Shown: positions 45,270 through 55,175 of the stretch, piece after piece | How the letters are laid out: each line of letters opens with the position of its first letter | Position numbering within the stretch: the first letter of the stretch is position 1 | NCBI GenBank assembly: GCA_016934335.1 | Contig: JAFGTC010000267.1 | Span: forward strand, 10 to 64,009 | From: Candidatus Omnitrophota bacterium | Lineage (GTDB): Bacteria; Hinthialibacterota; Hinthialibacteria; Hinthialibacterales; Hinthialibacteraceae | Direction: 5' to 3' | Length of the DNA stretch: 64,000 bases | The notes under the pieces: generated by a model | Seen by the model: only the letters and a program-made list of their open reading frames with translations | What the model was told of the DNA's origin: nothing | The model's database searches: none | Position numbers and translations under genes: made by a program

Positions 45270-45965
45270 GTGAAAACAGATACTTCTACGATGGAACAAT
45301 CGAATGCGGTTCAGGCAGGGATCTGGCGGCATGAAGCGGAGACGGAAGCCAATAAACTTTCCGAAGAATTAGATCGGGAGTTATCGGACGAGGCGTTGAT
45401 GCTTTTGTGTCAAAAAGGCAGGCAGGATGCGCTGGAAGAAATTTATCGGCGTTATTATCGGCCGGTTTTGCTCTTTATTCTTCGTCTTATCCAAAATCGG
45501 GAAATGGCCGAAGATCTCGTCCAAGAGACGTTTATTCGAGTTTATAACAATCGCAAATCCTGGCAGCCGAGATCCAAGTTTACTTCCTGGCTTTATCGCA
45601 TCGCCAAGAATATTTGCATCGACGAGAAAAGACGTTATTGGAATCGGCTGGTATATGCGGATTCTCAATTCGGGAACAATTCGGAGAAGGGAAATTCTAC
45701 TGTTTTGGATCGAGTGGAGGATAGTGCGGGAGATGCGCGAGACCATTTCGCTTTGAAGATCGATGAGGACGAGATAAAAAAAGCGATCAATCAACTCTCG
45801 CCGGAGCAGCGGGAAGTGATAATCCTGAATAAGTACCAGGGGATGTCTTATCATGAGATTGCCGAGATACTCGGCGCCACGCCGGAATCCATCAAGCAGA
45901 GAGCCTATCGCGCGCATTTAAAATTGCGACAGATTTTGTCGCCGTTATTGCAGGAATACGCCTGA
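45270..45965 (+). CDS. ECF-type RNA polymerase sigma factor (sigma-70 regions 2 and 4)
   Basis: Region 2 EDLVQETFIRVYNN...FTSWLYRIAKNICID and region 4 VIILNKYQGMSYHEIAEILGATPESIKQRAYRAHLKL. GTG start at 45270; an alternative ATG sits at 45291. Confidence 0.8.
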   Translation: MKTDTSTMEQSNAVQAGIWRHEAETEANKLSEELDRELSDEALMLLCQKGRQDALEEIYRRYYRPVLLFILRLIQNREMAEDLVQETFIRVYNNRKSWQPRSKFTSWLYRIAKNICIDEKRRYWNRLVYADSQFGNNSEKGNSTVLDRVEDSAGDARDHFALKIDEDEIKKAINQLSPEQREVIILNKYQGMSYHEIAEILGATPESIKQRAYRAHLKLRQILSPLLQEYA

Positions 45966-46004
45966 AAGGAATGAGATTATTTTAGGGGATGAAATAAATA
46001 ACGT

Positions 46005-46718
46005 ATGGAGTCTTTTGAAATGAAGCAAGATCATTCATGCATGTTCAACCACGAATTGCTGGCGGCGTATGTCACCCGCAACGTGACCGCCGCCGAACGG
46101 GTGCAGGTGGAGAGACATCTTGCTGAATGTCCTTTGTGTCGAGCCGAAGTCAAGATACTGGAGCAAACATGGCTTTCTCTGGACGCATGGAAGGAAGATG
46201 TGGAGAATGCTCGACCGCGTCTGAACGATTTGCGCATTCGATTAAAAGCCGTTAAACAGAAGCCCACTCTACGCGACATTGTTCGCCGGAGACTCGAAAC
46301 AATGGCGGCGCCGTTTCGTTTGCTGCCGGCCTCTCCCGCATTGGCTGTCATTATTACAGGCTTCGTCGCCTATGCAGGTTGGCAGTTTCGAGGGGATGCT
46401 GCGCCTTCATCCATTACCGATCAACCCTCCGTTGCAGCGAATTCTGAGGGAGCAATGGCCAGCGACCAAGTTGTTGTGGAAACTCAAGCGCCGTCTCCGG
46501 AGCCGAACAATCTGGTCACTGCGTGGGATTCGCTGGTGCAAAATTCCAATGAACGCTCCGAATCCGACTTCTTGATTCGGATGGCGACCGACGGAGTGAA
46601 TTTCAACCGTTTAGTCAATTATCCAAGTAAAGACGTTTTCCCGACTTATCACGATCCCGCTCAAATTCATCCAGCGTCTATGCGCATGATGCGAGGAGAG
46701 TTTGTGAGGCTCGAATAG
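46005..46718 (+). CDS. Anti-sigma factor with zf-HC2 zinc-finger and one transmembrane helix
   Basis: HLAECPLCRAEVKILEQ is an H-x3-C-x2-C motif; a central hydrophobic helix (LAVIITGFVAYAGW); position immediately after the ECF sigma gene. Confidence 0.6.
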   Translation: MESFEMKQDHSCMFNHELLAAYVTRNVTAAERVQVERHLAECPLCRAEVKILEQTWLSLDAWKEDVENARPRLNDLRIRLKAVKQKPTLRDIVRRRLETMAAPFRLLPASPALAVIITGFVAYAGWQFRGDAAPSSITDQPSVAANSEGAMASDQVVVETQAPSPEPNNLVTAWDSLVQNSNERSESDFLIRMATDGVNFNRLVNYPSKDVFPTYHDPAQIHPASMRMMRGEFVRLE

Positions 46719-46744
46719 ATAGAGGCGGCTGGTTTTTTCGCTTG

Positions 46745-47467
46745 TCAGAGTTCGATTCCCAAATCTTGAAAATGTTTCGCCGCGGCTTCCGCCCATCCTT
46801 GATTGGCGACGGGATTGGCCGGACTTGGGTGAGGGATGCGGCCGATTATGACGTCTAGGCGGTCAAGCGCACGCCGGGCGCTCGATTCGGCGAACCCTCC
46901 AATGCCGACCACCCATCTCGGTTGGTAGTAATGAACATATTGCCGCAGGGCATGATCGCACACATCGATCAGTGGATTCCGATCGCCTGCGCGCAATTTA
47001 TCGGGAGTCAGGTTTTGCCCGCTCTCGTTAAAAAACGCCAATGGGCAGTAGTTGATTACGAAAAAACGTTGGAAGAAAACTTCGGGATTGAGAAACTGCT
47101 CTTGCGCCCATCCCCATAACCGCTTGCCGCTAATTTCCCGCCGAGTGTTTTTAAAGCCTAAGACTGGACGTTTGGGATGTTCACCGGGGGGGCGCCCGAC
47201 CGGAGCATCAATTTTCAACCAATCTTGCACCATAACATAATCGCCGAATGGAACGCCGTTTTGAATCATCCCCCAGGGCCCCGGATTCATGCCGATCAAG
47301 AGGACGTCCCGTTTTCCTTGACCATAGAGGTTTATGTATTCGAAGTGGGATTTTTGCGCATAGTCCAGAGGATTGTAGACATGAGAGACGGGTGGGGAAA
47401 ACTGCAGTTTATTTAAACATTTGACCAGTGATTTTGTGATATCAATAACTTCGTTTTGTTCAGCCAT
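46745..47467 (-). CDS. Uracil-DNA glycosylase, SMUG1-like family
   Basis: GMNPGPWGMIQNGVPFGD matches the SMUG1 motif GMNPGP(F/W)GM.QTG.PFG; a C-terminal HPSP motif. Confidence 0.6.
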   Translation of the reverse strand: MAEQNEVIDITKSLVKCLNKLQFSPPVSHVYNPLDYAQKSHFEYINLYGQGKRDVLLIGMNPGPWGMIQNGVPFGDYVMVQDWLKIDAPVGRPPGEHPKRPVLGFKNTRREISGKRLWGWAQEQFLNPEVFFQRFFVINYCPLAFFNESGQNLTPDKLRAGDRNPLIDVCDHALRQYVHYYQPRWVVGIGGFAESSARRALDRLDVIIGRIPHPSPANPVANQGWAEAAAKHFQDLGIEL

Positions 47468-47591
47468 TATTTTACTTTCGTGATTTTTCTGGCATCATGA
47501 GATTAATCATTGTGATAAGTATTTTCATTCGGGTGCAATATTTCTTGCCCAAAATGAAAGAAGGGGATGCTCCGCTGCATTTTCCAATTTA

Positions 47592-48350
47592 CTAATTGGG
47601 GTGAAGAACAAGATATTCCGCTTTTTCAAAAAGAGCGCGATTTTTGGAATTTTTCTCAATCCATTCTTTGAATTCATGGAGCACTGATTCCGCATGATTC
47701 ATATGTTTTGTTTCTACGAGCGATTGTATCAGTTCCAAGTATCCTTTTTCCACGGAACCGAAAATAATCGGGAAAAAGTATTGCGCTGTGGAGGGAGGGC
47801 ATAATGGATCCAATTCGGCCCGATAGAAATAAAGAGTGCGAAGCAAGACAAAGTTGGATTGATAAATAGGGAGAATCTGTTCAAACAACGGGACAAGAAT
47901 ATCGATAATGCGGCGTGCATGGCGCAATTGGAGAGGAAGATTTCGCCGCGCCTGGTTGACGATTTGTTTATCCAGTCTGTTAAGCGCTTTGAATACTTTA
48001 TCTTCAGCGGGCGTCTGCTCTTCGGTGTAAGCGTCAATGATTCGGATATTGTCGCGTGTTTTATCCAATTCGTGCCATAATTCACTGAGCACTTTATCGA
48101 AGCCGCGTTGCTTTTTTCGATCGACATTCTCATCGTCGGGCATGTGATAGAGGGTGTCGGAGAGAGAGCGAAGTTCGCGAAGATGCTTTTCCAGAAGAAT
48201 GTTGATTTTTTCGTGGGATATATCTCCCGATTGTTCATAATGATAGAAAAGATCCTGTACCAACTTACGAATGGCGTAGAATCCTTTAATGAAGCGAAGG
48301 CGTTGATAGTTGCGCCAGCTGGCTAAGAGATCATACGTGTTCGAGCTCAT
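47592..48350 (-). CDS. Hypothetical alpha-helical protein, co-transcribed with the GT9 glycosyltransferase
   Basis: 252 aa with no recognisable motif; 4-nt overlap with the upstream GT9 gene. Confidence 0.35.
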   Translation of the reverse strand: MSSNTYDLLASWRNYQRLRFIKGFYAIRKLVQDLFYHYEQSGDISHEKINILLEKHLRELRSLSDTLYHMPDDENVDRKKQRGFDKVLSELWHELDKTRDNIRIIDAYTEEQTPAEDKVFKALNRLDKQIVNQARRNLPLQLRHARRIIDILVPLFEQILPIYQSNFVLLRTLYFYRAELDPLCPPSTAQYFFPIIFGSVEKGYLELIQSLVETKHMNHAESVLHEFKEWIEKNSKNRALFEKAEYLVLHPN

Positions 48351-49399
48351 GCGATCGCCTCCATTTGTCTTTTTACAGCGTCATAGACTTGATCCGCCGA
48401 AAGAAGTTTCATGCAATAAGGATCTTTGTCGCATCGCGTCAGATAACATCCCAGGCAGTCGATTTCCCCCTGCAGAATCTCGCCTTGCTCGTAAAGTTCC
48501 AATTCCGCCGCCGAGGTGGGGCCGACCAGGCAGACGACGCGCTTTCCCAAACCCAGCGCCGCATGCAGGGCGAATGTATCGCCGGTGACGACGAGATCGC
48601 AGCGATTGAGGACGGCGATGAACTCGATGACGGAGGGCCTCAGTTCGGCGTCGATAAAGGGAACCGTCATGGCCTCCATGACTTCCCGGGCTCGATCGAA
48701 ATCGGCGGGGCCGTAAAGAATAACCGGCCGAATGTTGAAATCCTGAAAGATGCGTTCTCCGAGTTTGACGAATCCATCGATGGTCCATTTTTTATGCTGC
48801 CAGCGCTCGCCGGCGCCGACGTTGAATCCAATCAAGGGATGCTTATCGTCGAGCTGATGCGCTTGCATAAAGGCTTCGGCCTTCTCCTCCATTTCAGGGA
48901 GGAGCGGGACGACGATGGGATGCTGTTTTTCAGGCGCTCCCAATATGCGCTGCATATGAGTTTGATATGTTTTCCGATTGGCTTTTTTGCAGTCGTCCCA
49001 GAGGCTCATTTCGAGCCATTCTTTTCCAGAGTCATCGAAAGCCAAAACGGAGCCGTCGGGATTTCTCCCGTATCCTTTGCGGAGGTCGGCTTGGATGCGC
49101 ATGGCAAGAGAAACGGCTTCGGGCGCCAGATCGAAATTGACGCAGACGTGATAATGTTCGCTGTCGAGAATAGCCAGCGATTCTTCCGTAAAAGCGAGAG
49201 GGCGATCGATCATCGAATTGAATCGAATTAACGCAAAACTCTTCTGCCCGCAAATCCACGTGATGTGGGATTGAGGATATAAGTCTTTGATGGAGTGGAG
49301 CAGGGAAGTGGTTCGCATTACATCGCCCGCCGCGCCCAATTTAATGATTAAGACGCGTTGGACAATGGGATCGTAATACGGGCATCCGTCGCAAATCAC
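48347..49399 (-). CDS. Glycosyltransferase family 9 (LPS heptosyltransferase-like)
   Basis: RVLIIKLGAAGDVMRTTSLLHSIK is the GT9 N-terminal signature; C-terminal GDTFALHAALGLGKRVVCLVGPT. Unusual CDGCPYYD N-terminus. Confidence 0.65.
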   Translation of the reverse strand: MICDGCPYYDPIVQRVLIIKLGAAGDVMRTTSLLHSIKDLYPQSHITWICGQKSFALIRFNSMIDRPLAFTEESLAILDSEHYHVCVNFDLAPEAVSLAMRIQADLRKGYGRNPDGSVLAFDDSGKEWLEMSLWDDCKKANRKTYQTHMQRILGAPEKQHPIVVPLLPEMEEKAEAFMQAHQLDDKHPLIGFNVGAGERWQHKKWTIDGFVKLGERIFQDFNIRPVILYGPADFDRAREVMEAMTVPFIDAELRPSVIEFIAVLNRCDLVVTGDTFALHAALGLGKRVVCLVGPTSAAELELYEQGEILQGEIDCLGCYLTRCDKDPYCMKLLSADQVYDAVKRQMEAIA

Positions 49400-49467
49400 G
49401 CCGTGATCCTTATGGGGTCGACAAGGCCGGTCTCCCTGATATTGACGGCAATCGGTAAAAACGTTCC

Positions 49468-50343
49468 TCAGCGCCGCGCACCCCCTTTCTGTTTTGATAA
49501 GAAAATCTGCGCTTGTTCCTGGACGGGGCCAAGTTTTTTGTTGCGCGATAATTCTTTGAGTATTTTTTCGCCTTCCGATTTGCTCCCGATTTGATAGAGA
49601 GCCATGCCCATTAGGAGTTTAGCTTGGGGCGCCGCTTCATTTTTTGGATTTTTCGCAATAAATCGCTGCATGGTATTGATGCAGCGGTCGAACTCGCCGC
49701 CATAGAAATCTGCGGAGCCTTGGTAGAAGAGCATGTTTGTGTAGGCTGATTTCACTTCCTGGCTTGTTTCTTCGTTCAAACCCTCCCAATGAAGAAGGCG
49801 ATAGTACTGCTCTTCGGCTTGATCGAACAGGCCTCTGTCTCGTAATCCATTGGCATACATCAATACCAATTTGGGGTTGGAATCATTCATTTTGATCTGT
49901 TGTTCGATCAGCGCAAATTCCTGAACGCTGTTGAGCACATTTTTCAGCCGGGAGGCAAGAACGTATTTGCTCAGTGATTTATCGCGTATGCTCATCGACT
50001 TCAGTTCATGACCTTGGGGATCGAAAAAGAGAACGGTGGGGAACGAGATCACCCCATATTTCGATTCGGCGTCGGCCATGCCTTCGACATTGACTTGAAC
50101 GGGAATGAAGTCGGGAAGATATTTTTTGATCAGAGGACTTTCCCAAACAAGAAAATCTTCTCGCTTGCGGGCGGGATTCTGGTAGTAGATATCATGGTAG
50201 AAGAAGGCGCAAACCGGTTTATTGGCGGATTTTGCCTCTTTCAGAGCTTTTTCTACGTCTTTCTGCCATGCTTGAGCGAATCCGCTCTGGGCAAGGCATA
50301 AAAGAATCCAAAACGGTAGTAAATAATTCCCTACTCGCTTCAT
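49468..50343 (-). CDS. Secreted thioredoxin-fold (no CxxC) + TPR protein
   Basis: Signal peptide MKRVGNYLLPFWILLCLAQSGFAQA; thioredoxin-like region KPVCAFFYHD...FPTVLFFDPQG; C-terminal TPR-like helices. Confidence 0.4.
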   Translation of the reverse strand: MKRVGNYLLPFWILLCLAQSGFAQAWQKDVEKALKEAKSANKPVCAFFYHDIYYQNPARKREDFLVWESPLIKKYLPDFIPVQVNVEGMADAESKYGVISFPTVLFFDPQGHELKSMSIRDKSLSKYVLASRLKNVLNSVQEFALIEQQIKMNDSNPKLVLMYANGLRDRGLFDQAEEQYYRLLHWEGLNEETSQEVKSAYTNMLFYQGSADFYGGEFDRCINTMQRFIAKNPKNEAAPQAKLLMGMALYQIGSKSEGEKILKELSRNKKLGPVQEQAQIFLSKQKGGARR

Positions 50344-50430
50344 AATGTATTCTCCCAAACCTTGGCTTCTCATATATGATCTCTTCTTTAATTGAATAGT
50401 ATAGGCGTTAATTTGTACTGTCCGCAGGTC

Positions 50431-52497
50431 TCACGCATCGGTTCGAAGTGAAATCGAGGTTGAAGTGTCGGGGGCGGATTTTTCGGGGGCGTAGAAATCG
50501 ATCAGGAGCAGGGTCACATCGTCTTCGAGAGGTTCGATGTCGAGGGGATGTTGGACGTATTCTTCTAAATCTTCAAGAATGCTCTCCAAGAGATCGTCGG
50601 GCGATACGTTTTTTGTTTTTTTCATGAGTGACAGCAGGCGTTCTATGCCGTACGGATTTTTGTCTTCGTTAAAAGCTTCTACGATTCCATCTGTGTATAA
50701 TAAAAGGCGATCGCCCGGATTGATCATGATGGCGACTTGATCGTAGTCGGCTTCGTTCATGACGCCCAAAGGCAAACCGTGCGCCACGCCTAATTCCTCC
50801 AATTCTCCTGATTGACTGCGCAGCAGCAGCGGAGGTTGATGTCCGGCGGATGCGTATTGAAATCGATAGGTTTCGAGATCGAGGCATCCGAGAAACATGG
50901 TGATAAATTCGCCGCTTTGAAGCGTTTTTGACAAAATAATGTTCAACTGGGTCAGCAAATTCTGCGGCGAAAGTTGTTGATCGATGAGTGTATGAGCCAT
51001 GGCTCGGGCGATGCCCATGATAAAAGCCGCCGGCGTGCCGTGGCCGGAGACATCGGCGATAAGGATGTAAAGTTTGTTAGGGGAAGGAGAAAGATAATCG
51101 TAATAATCTCCTCCAGCCCGACCATTGGGAATGTACACCGAACGGAATGTCATTCCTTCCCATTCGAAGGAGCGATCCGGCAGAAGTCTTTTTTGCAATT
51201 CGCCGACGATTTTTAATTCATCATCGATTCGAGCGTACGCTCGTCCCAATTCTTCCGATATCATGCGAAGCCGGTAGTTTTTTTCTTCGAGATCCTTGGT
51301 GCGTTCTGTGACTTTGGATTCGAGTTCCTTGTTCCAGCCTTCAATTTGCTGAATGTAGTTCTTTATTTCCTGGTTTCGCTTTTCGATAGTGGCGGCCATA
51401 TTCTGAATTTCCTTGCCGAGCACTTCAAATTCGTCGCCGGTTCGAATGGCCATGTCAACATTGTAGTTTCCCTTTGCAATTTGCGAGACGGAATCAGCGA
51501 GAGCGCTCACGGGAGCGGTGATTCGTTTTGACAGATAATAGGCGATGACAAGAGCAACTAGCATCATGATCAGGCTGATGCCGATAATGGATCGATTTAA
51601 TTGATCCAAGAAGTTATAGGCTCTTTTTAAAGAAGTAAGGATGATGTAAAGACCCCGCGAGGAGCCGTAGGTGGGCAGGGGATTGGCATAGGCCAGATAG
51701 GGTTCGTCGAACAGGTCGATTTCTTCCGCCTTGTACATTATCTCCTTGCGTTTTTCACGAGGCATGACGTCCCAGGCGTCGCTGAATTCGATGGTTTTCT
51801 CGATACCGAAAGTGGTTGCCACAAGGCGGTTATCGAGAATGAAGCCAACATGCAAAAGGCTGCCGCGCAGTAGATCCTTGGCCATACTTTGATCGACGGG
51901 GAATCCCAGAGAGATTGCGCCTAAAATATCCTGACCGTTCTGTTTGTTGATGATGGGGACGGAGGCGATGGCAAAGAGATTGTTGCGTTTCGCCGTTGAA
52001 ATTTTAATATAGCCAATGCTTTCATGCCCCAGGAGGACGAGATCCAATTGCTGGCGCCAGGGGGTCAGAATTTCCTGGATGCTTTTCGAGTCTTGTATTG
52101 TTGTAGATTGATCGCCGGTTTTCATTGTAATGGAGCCGTCGATGACCCGGCCGGTTTTGTCAGTGATGACAATCAACTCTCTCCGTTTGGATCCGCCGGG
52201 AAGCCATTGAACAAGATAGGATTTTTCCTCGACGGCATTTTCCATTTGGGCGAGGGCGTTGCGCAGGGGATTGTGGTCGGCGAGAAGAAAAGCCTCGTTT
52301 TCAATGGATTGAATTTTGGAGCCCAATAGATTGTGAAATAATATTTTGAGTCCTTCGAATTTCTGAGTATGATCCTGGAGGAATCTTTGCGAAACTAAAC
52401 TATTCACCTGAGATGTCGTAAAGTGAATCAACAGGACGTACAGAAGAATGAGCAAGATGTATATCTTTATCTGGAAAGGCAGTTTGATTCGAAGCAT
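50431..52497 (-). CDS. Membrane sensor PP2C-type Ser/Thr phosphatase (periplasmic sensor - HAMP - coiled coil - SpoIIE/PP2C)
   Basis: N-terminal transmembrane helix, a second helix followed by a HAMP-like segment, and a C-terminal PP2C core (GGDYYDY, ...DVSGHG..., ...YTDGIVEA). Confidence 0.75.
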   Translation of the reverse strand: MLRIKLPFQIKIYILLILLYVLLIHFTTSQVNSLVSQRFLQDHTQKFEGLKILFHNLLGSKIQSIENEAFLLADHNPLRNALAQMENAVEEKSYLVQWLPGGSKRRELIVITDKTGRVIDGSITMKTGDQSTTIQDSKSIQEILTPWRQQLDLVLLGHESIGYIKISTAKRNNLFAIASVPIINKQNGQDILGAISLGFPVDQSMAKDLLRGSLLHVGFILDNRLVATTFGIEKTIEFSDAWDVMPREKRKEIMYKAEEIDLFDEPYLAYANPLPTYGSSRGLYIILTSLKRAYNFLDQLNRSIIGISLIMMLVALVIAYYLSKRITAPVSALADSVSQIAKGNYNVDMAIRTGDEFEVLGKEIQNMAATIEKRNQEIKNYIQQIEGWNKELESKVTERTKDLEEKNYRLRMISEELGRAYARIDDELKIVGELQKRLLPDRSFEWEGMTFRSVYIPNGRAGGDYYDYLSPSPNKLYILIADVSGHGTPAAFIMGIARAMAHTLIDQQLSPQNLLTQLNIILSKTLQSGEFITMFLGCLDLETYRFQYASAGHQPPLLLRSQSGELEELGVAHGLPLGVMNEADYDQVAIMINPGDRLLLYTDGIVEAFNEDKNPYGIERLLSLMKKTKNVSPDDLLESILEDLEEYVQHPLDIEPLEDDVTLLLIDFYAPEKSAPDTSTSISLRTDA

Positions 52498-52694
52498 AGT
52501 GGAAAGGGTTGATGATTATTTTATCGAAGTCGATATATGGATAAACGAGAAGCGAATCTCTTTTTAGGATACATGATCAGATTGTTCTATCATACTTTTT
52601 AGATATTTGTAAGCGGCTTTTGATTTTGACTGTAAAAATCAAGGCAAAATAGAGCGAAATGATACATGATAAAACTGGATAAGGAAAAATTGCT

Positions 52695-55022
52695 TTGAAT
52701 ATTTTTACTCCAAATAACGGTTCCACAAAATGTGACAGCAGCGACAGCCGGAAGCATATTGTCTTTTTATTTCTGGCGAGCGCAATAGGAATTCTCTATA
52801 TCTATCACAATCCTGCTCGATTTGATGCTTTGCGGATTAATTATTATGCGTTTCTTCTCATCTTAAAACCTTATACGTTTTACGCACATATCGCTGAATT
52901 TGTATGTATTACGATCCTTTGGCTCATAGGTCACGTTATAGGAACATTTTTTTTGCAATTCCTTACAAAGCAAAATACGGGCCATAAAATAACAAAAACG
53001 GTCCCTCTAGGATGGGGAATTCTCTCGTTTGTGATTTTTGGGTTGGCGTTGGCGCAATGCTTGAATCGAACGGCAATCGCGTTGATTCTCGCGGGGATTT
53101 TTGCATGCCTGGGCCCTGTTGTTTGGAAGAGGGGAGGATTTCGGCGAGAGAAAAGTCAAGAGAAATCATGGTTTGGTACGGCGCCGTGGGATGTGATTCT
53201 TGCGGGATTCCTGCTTATGATTCCTCTCGCGTTTGCGTTTTTTTGTTCTCTCATGCCTCCCACGCAATCGGATGGACTGCGTTATCATCTCAGCGTTCCC
53301 AAACTGTATTTAGAACATGGCGGTTTTTATTCGATCCCCAATATTGCGTTTTCGAATTTTCCCTTTTTGATTGAGTATTTATACGCGATTCCACTGGCTT
53401 TCGGTTTGGATTCGACTCCCAAAATGATTCATGCCTCGTTTTTTCTGTTGACGATTCGTTTGATTTATGACATGGGCAGGAGGATGGGGTGCGGGCGCAG
53501 CGGGATGTATGGGGCGCTTCTTTTTGCCAGCGTTCCCTTCGCTTCGATTTTCGCCTCCTGGTCGTTCATGGAAATGGGATTGACGCTCTATACATTGTTG
53601 ACGCTGGCGCTGTGTTTAGACGCCATGGAGGAAGAAAAAAAAGGGGCGGGGGCGGCGTCGCGGCGATCCATTGTTGTATGCGGCATAAGCGGTGGATTTC
53701 TGTTGAGTTGCAAATATACGGCCTTGGCCCCGCTGTTTCTTTTTTTTCTGATGCTGGCTTGGCCTGGTTTATCGGTTTCCTGGAAAGGGGTGCAAAAAAA
53801 ATTGATGCGAGCGATTTTATTTGGAATCGTCGTATTTCTTGTTGCATCGCCTTGGTTTATAAAAAATATCGTTTTGTGGGGAAATCCGGTTTATCCTTTT
53901 GCGGGAGGGATTTTTCCAACTCCGAATTGGAGTCGTTTCAACGACCTGTTTTTCCGGTTCCACGCTGGAATGAAGGGGCATTATAATGAGTTGATGTATT
54001 CGCCGGCTTGGGAGTGGATTCGGGATGCCGTCACCTTGCCGTTTCGCGTCACATTTTATCCGGGCGACAAAATTTGGCATCCCGACGACTTTGGATCCTG
54101 GCAGGTAGGGCCGGTTTGGTTGACGTTGACTCCCCTTCTTTTGTTATACCGATCATGGACGCCTCGAAAAGTCCTGCATCTTATCGCCGGCGTATTTCTT
54201 TATTTGGTTTGGGCGTACACGTATCGGGATTCGCGATTTCTACTTCCGGCTATGGCCGTCATGGCGCCTTTGTTCGCTGTAGTGGTTGAGGAAATGGTTC
54301 TGCATCGATCATGGACGAAGTGGTGTTTTATTGCTCCGGTGTTTTATTGCCTCATTTTTACATCGTCCGTGATTTTGCTGCCGACAAAAAACGCTCCATG
54401 GTGGGTGGTGAGTGGAACGATTTCGAAAGATTTCTATTTGGAGAATGTTTGCGATTTTACTCGCAATCCCAATCAGGCTTTTCGCTGGTTGAAAGAGAAT
54501 ACTCGCGCTGAGGAAACAGTGCTTTTACATGGAATCGAACATCCCTTCTATTGCCCCAACAAGTTTATCGGGGCCGATTGGTTCAATACGGATCCATTGA
54601 TCGCCTGGTCGTGGGAGAGTCCAAGCGTCGAGGGGCTTCTCGAACAATTGAGAAAGGAAAAAATTCGCTACATTGTTTATTATTATGGGAAGATCAAACA
54701 TCCCGGTCATTTCCAGTTTTATCGATTATTCCGTCTGCCGCCCGAAAAAGGATATAAGTTCTTGAAGGAATTTATGGAAAAGCAGTATTCGCGCATGCAT
54801 TATCCGCTAGCTTATAAAGAATGGGAGTATCGCTTCATCCAAGAGATGAATGAGGAAGAGAAGAATTCAGAAAGCATCCAAGCTTTGGAAACCTTGTTGG
54901 ATGGAGGCGTTTTGAAGGAGGTTTTTCGGTTTGGCCCCGAAAAAACCGCTGAGAACGGCCAAACAATTCAGAGCATCGGCGCAGACGACGGCATTGTGAT
55001 TTACAAAATGTTAGAATCTTAA
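52695..55022 (+). CDS. Polytopic membrane protein, candidate GT-C-fold glycosyltransferase (ArnT/PMT-like), with ~200-aa C-terminal soluble domain
   Basis: About 13 predicted hydrophobic helices in the first ~550 aa, with an acidic/aromatic loop (PPTQSDGLRYHL) after helix 5, as in GT-C enzymes. The family assignment is tentative. Confidence 0.35.
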   Translation: MNIFTPNNGSTKCDSSDSRKHIVFLFLASAIGILYIYHNPARFDALRINYYAFLLILKPYTFYAHIAEFVCITILWLIGHVIGTFFLQFLTKQNTGHKITKTVPLGWGILSFVIFGLALAQCLNRTAIALILAGIFACLGPVVWKRGGFRREKSQEKSWFGTAPWDVILAGFLLMIPLAFAFFCSLMPPTQSDGLRYHLSVPKLYLEHGGFYSIPNIAFSNFPFLIEYLYAIPLAFGLDSTPKMIHASFFLLTIRLIYDMGRRMGCGRSGMYGALLFASVPFASIFASWSFMEMGLTLYTLLTLALCLDAMEEEKKGAGAASRRSIVVCGISGGFLLSCKYTALAPLFLFFLMLAWPGLSVSWKGVQKKLMRAILFGIVVFLVASPWFIKNIVLWGNPVYPFAGGIFPTPNWSRFNDLFFRFHAGMKGHYNELMYSPAWEWIRDAVTLPFRVTFYPGDKIWHPDDFGSWQVGPVWLTLTPLLLLYRSWTPRKVLHLIAGVFLYLVWAYTYRDSRFLLPAMAVMAPLFAVVVEEMVLHRSWTKWCFIAPVFYCLIFTSSVILLPTKNAPWWVVSGTISKDFYLENVCDFTRNPNQAFRWLKENTRAEETVLLHGIEHPFYCPNKFIGADWFNTDPLIAWSWESPSVEGLLEQLRKEKIRYIVYYYGKIKHPGHFQFYRLFRLPPEKGYKFLKEFMEKQYSRMHYPLAYKEWEYRFIQEMNEEEKNSESIQALETLLDGGVLKEVFRFGPEKTAENGQTIQSIGADDGIVIYKMLES

Positions 55023-55175
55023 AGCGATAATAGGCGAATATTTACAGGAATGGCGGCGTTTTGATTTGAGATTCATCGAAAAAAAGAGTAAAATGTTCGA
55101 AAATAGAAACTTAATTGACGTTTGAGACGCCTGGAGTTACCTTCGTTATATACGGATCCAGGGAGAGAGTTTTTT

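Noticed and set aside
48365-49231. 288-aa ORF on the + strand antisense to the GT9 gene. Similar long antisense ORFs: 20808-21887, 22433-23239, 10872-11282, 39627-40151, 45381-45917.
   Set aside because: They overlap well-supported genes with clear family motifs on the opposite strand, their own translations are low-complexity or Arg/Pro-rich with no recognisable motifs, and such shadow ORFs are expected in GC-rich coding DNA.
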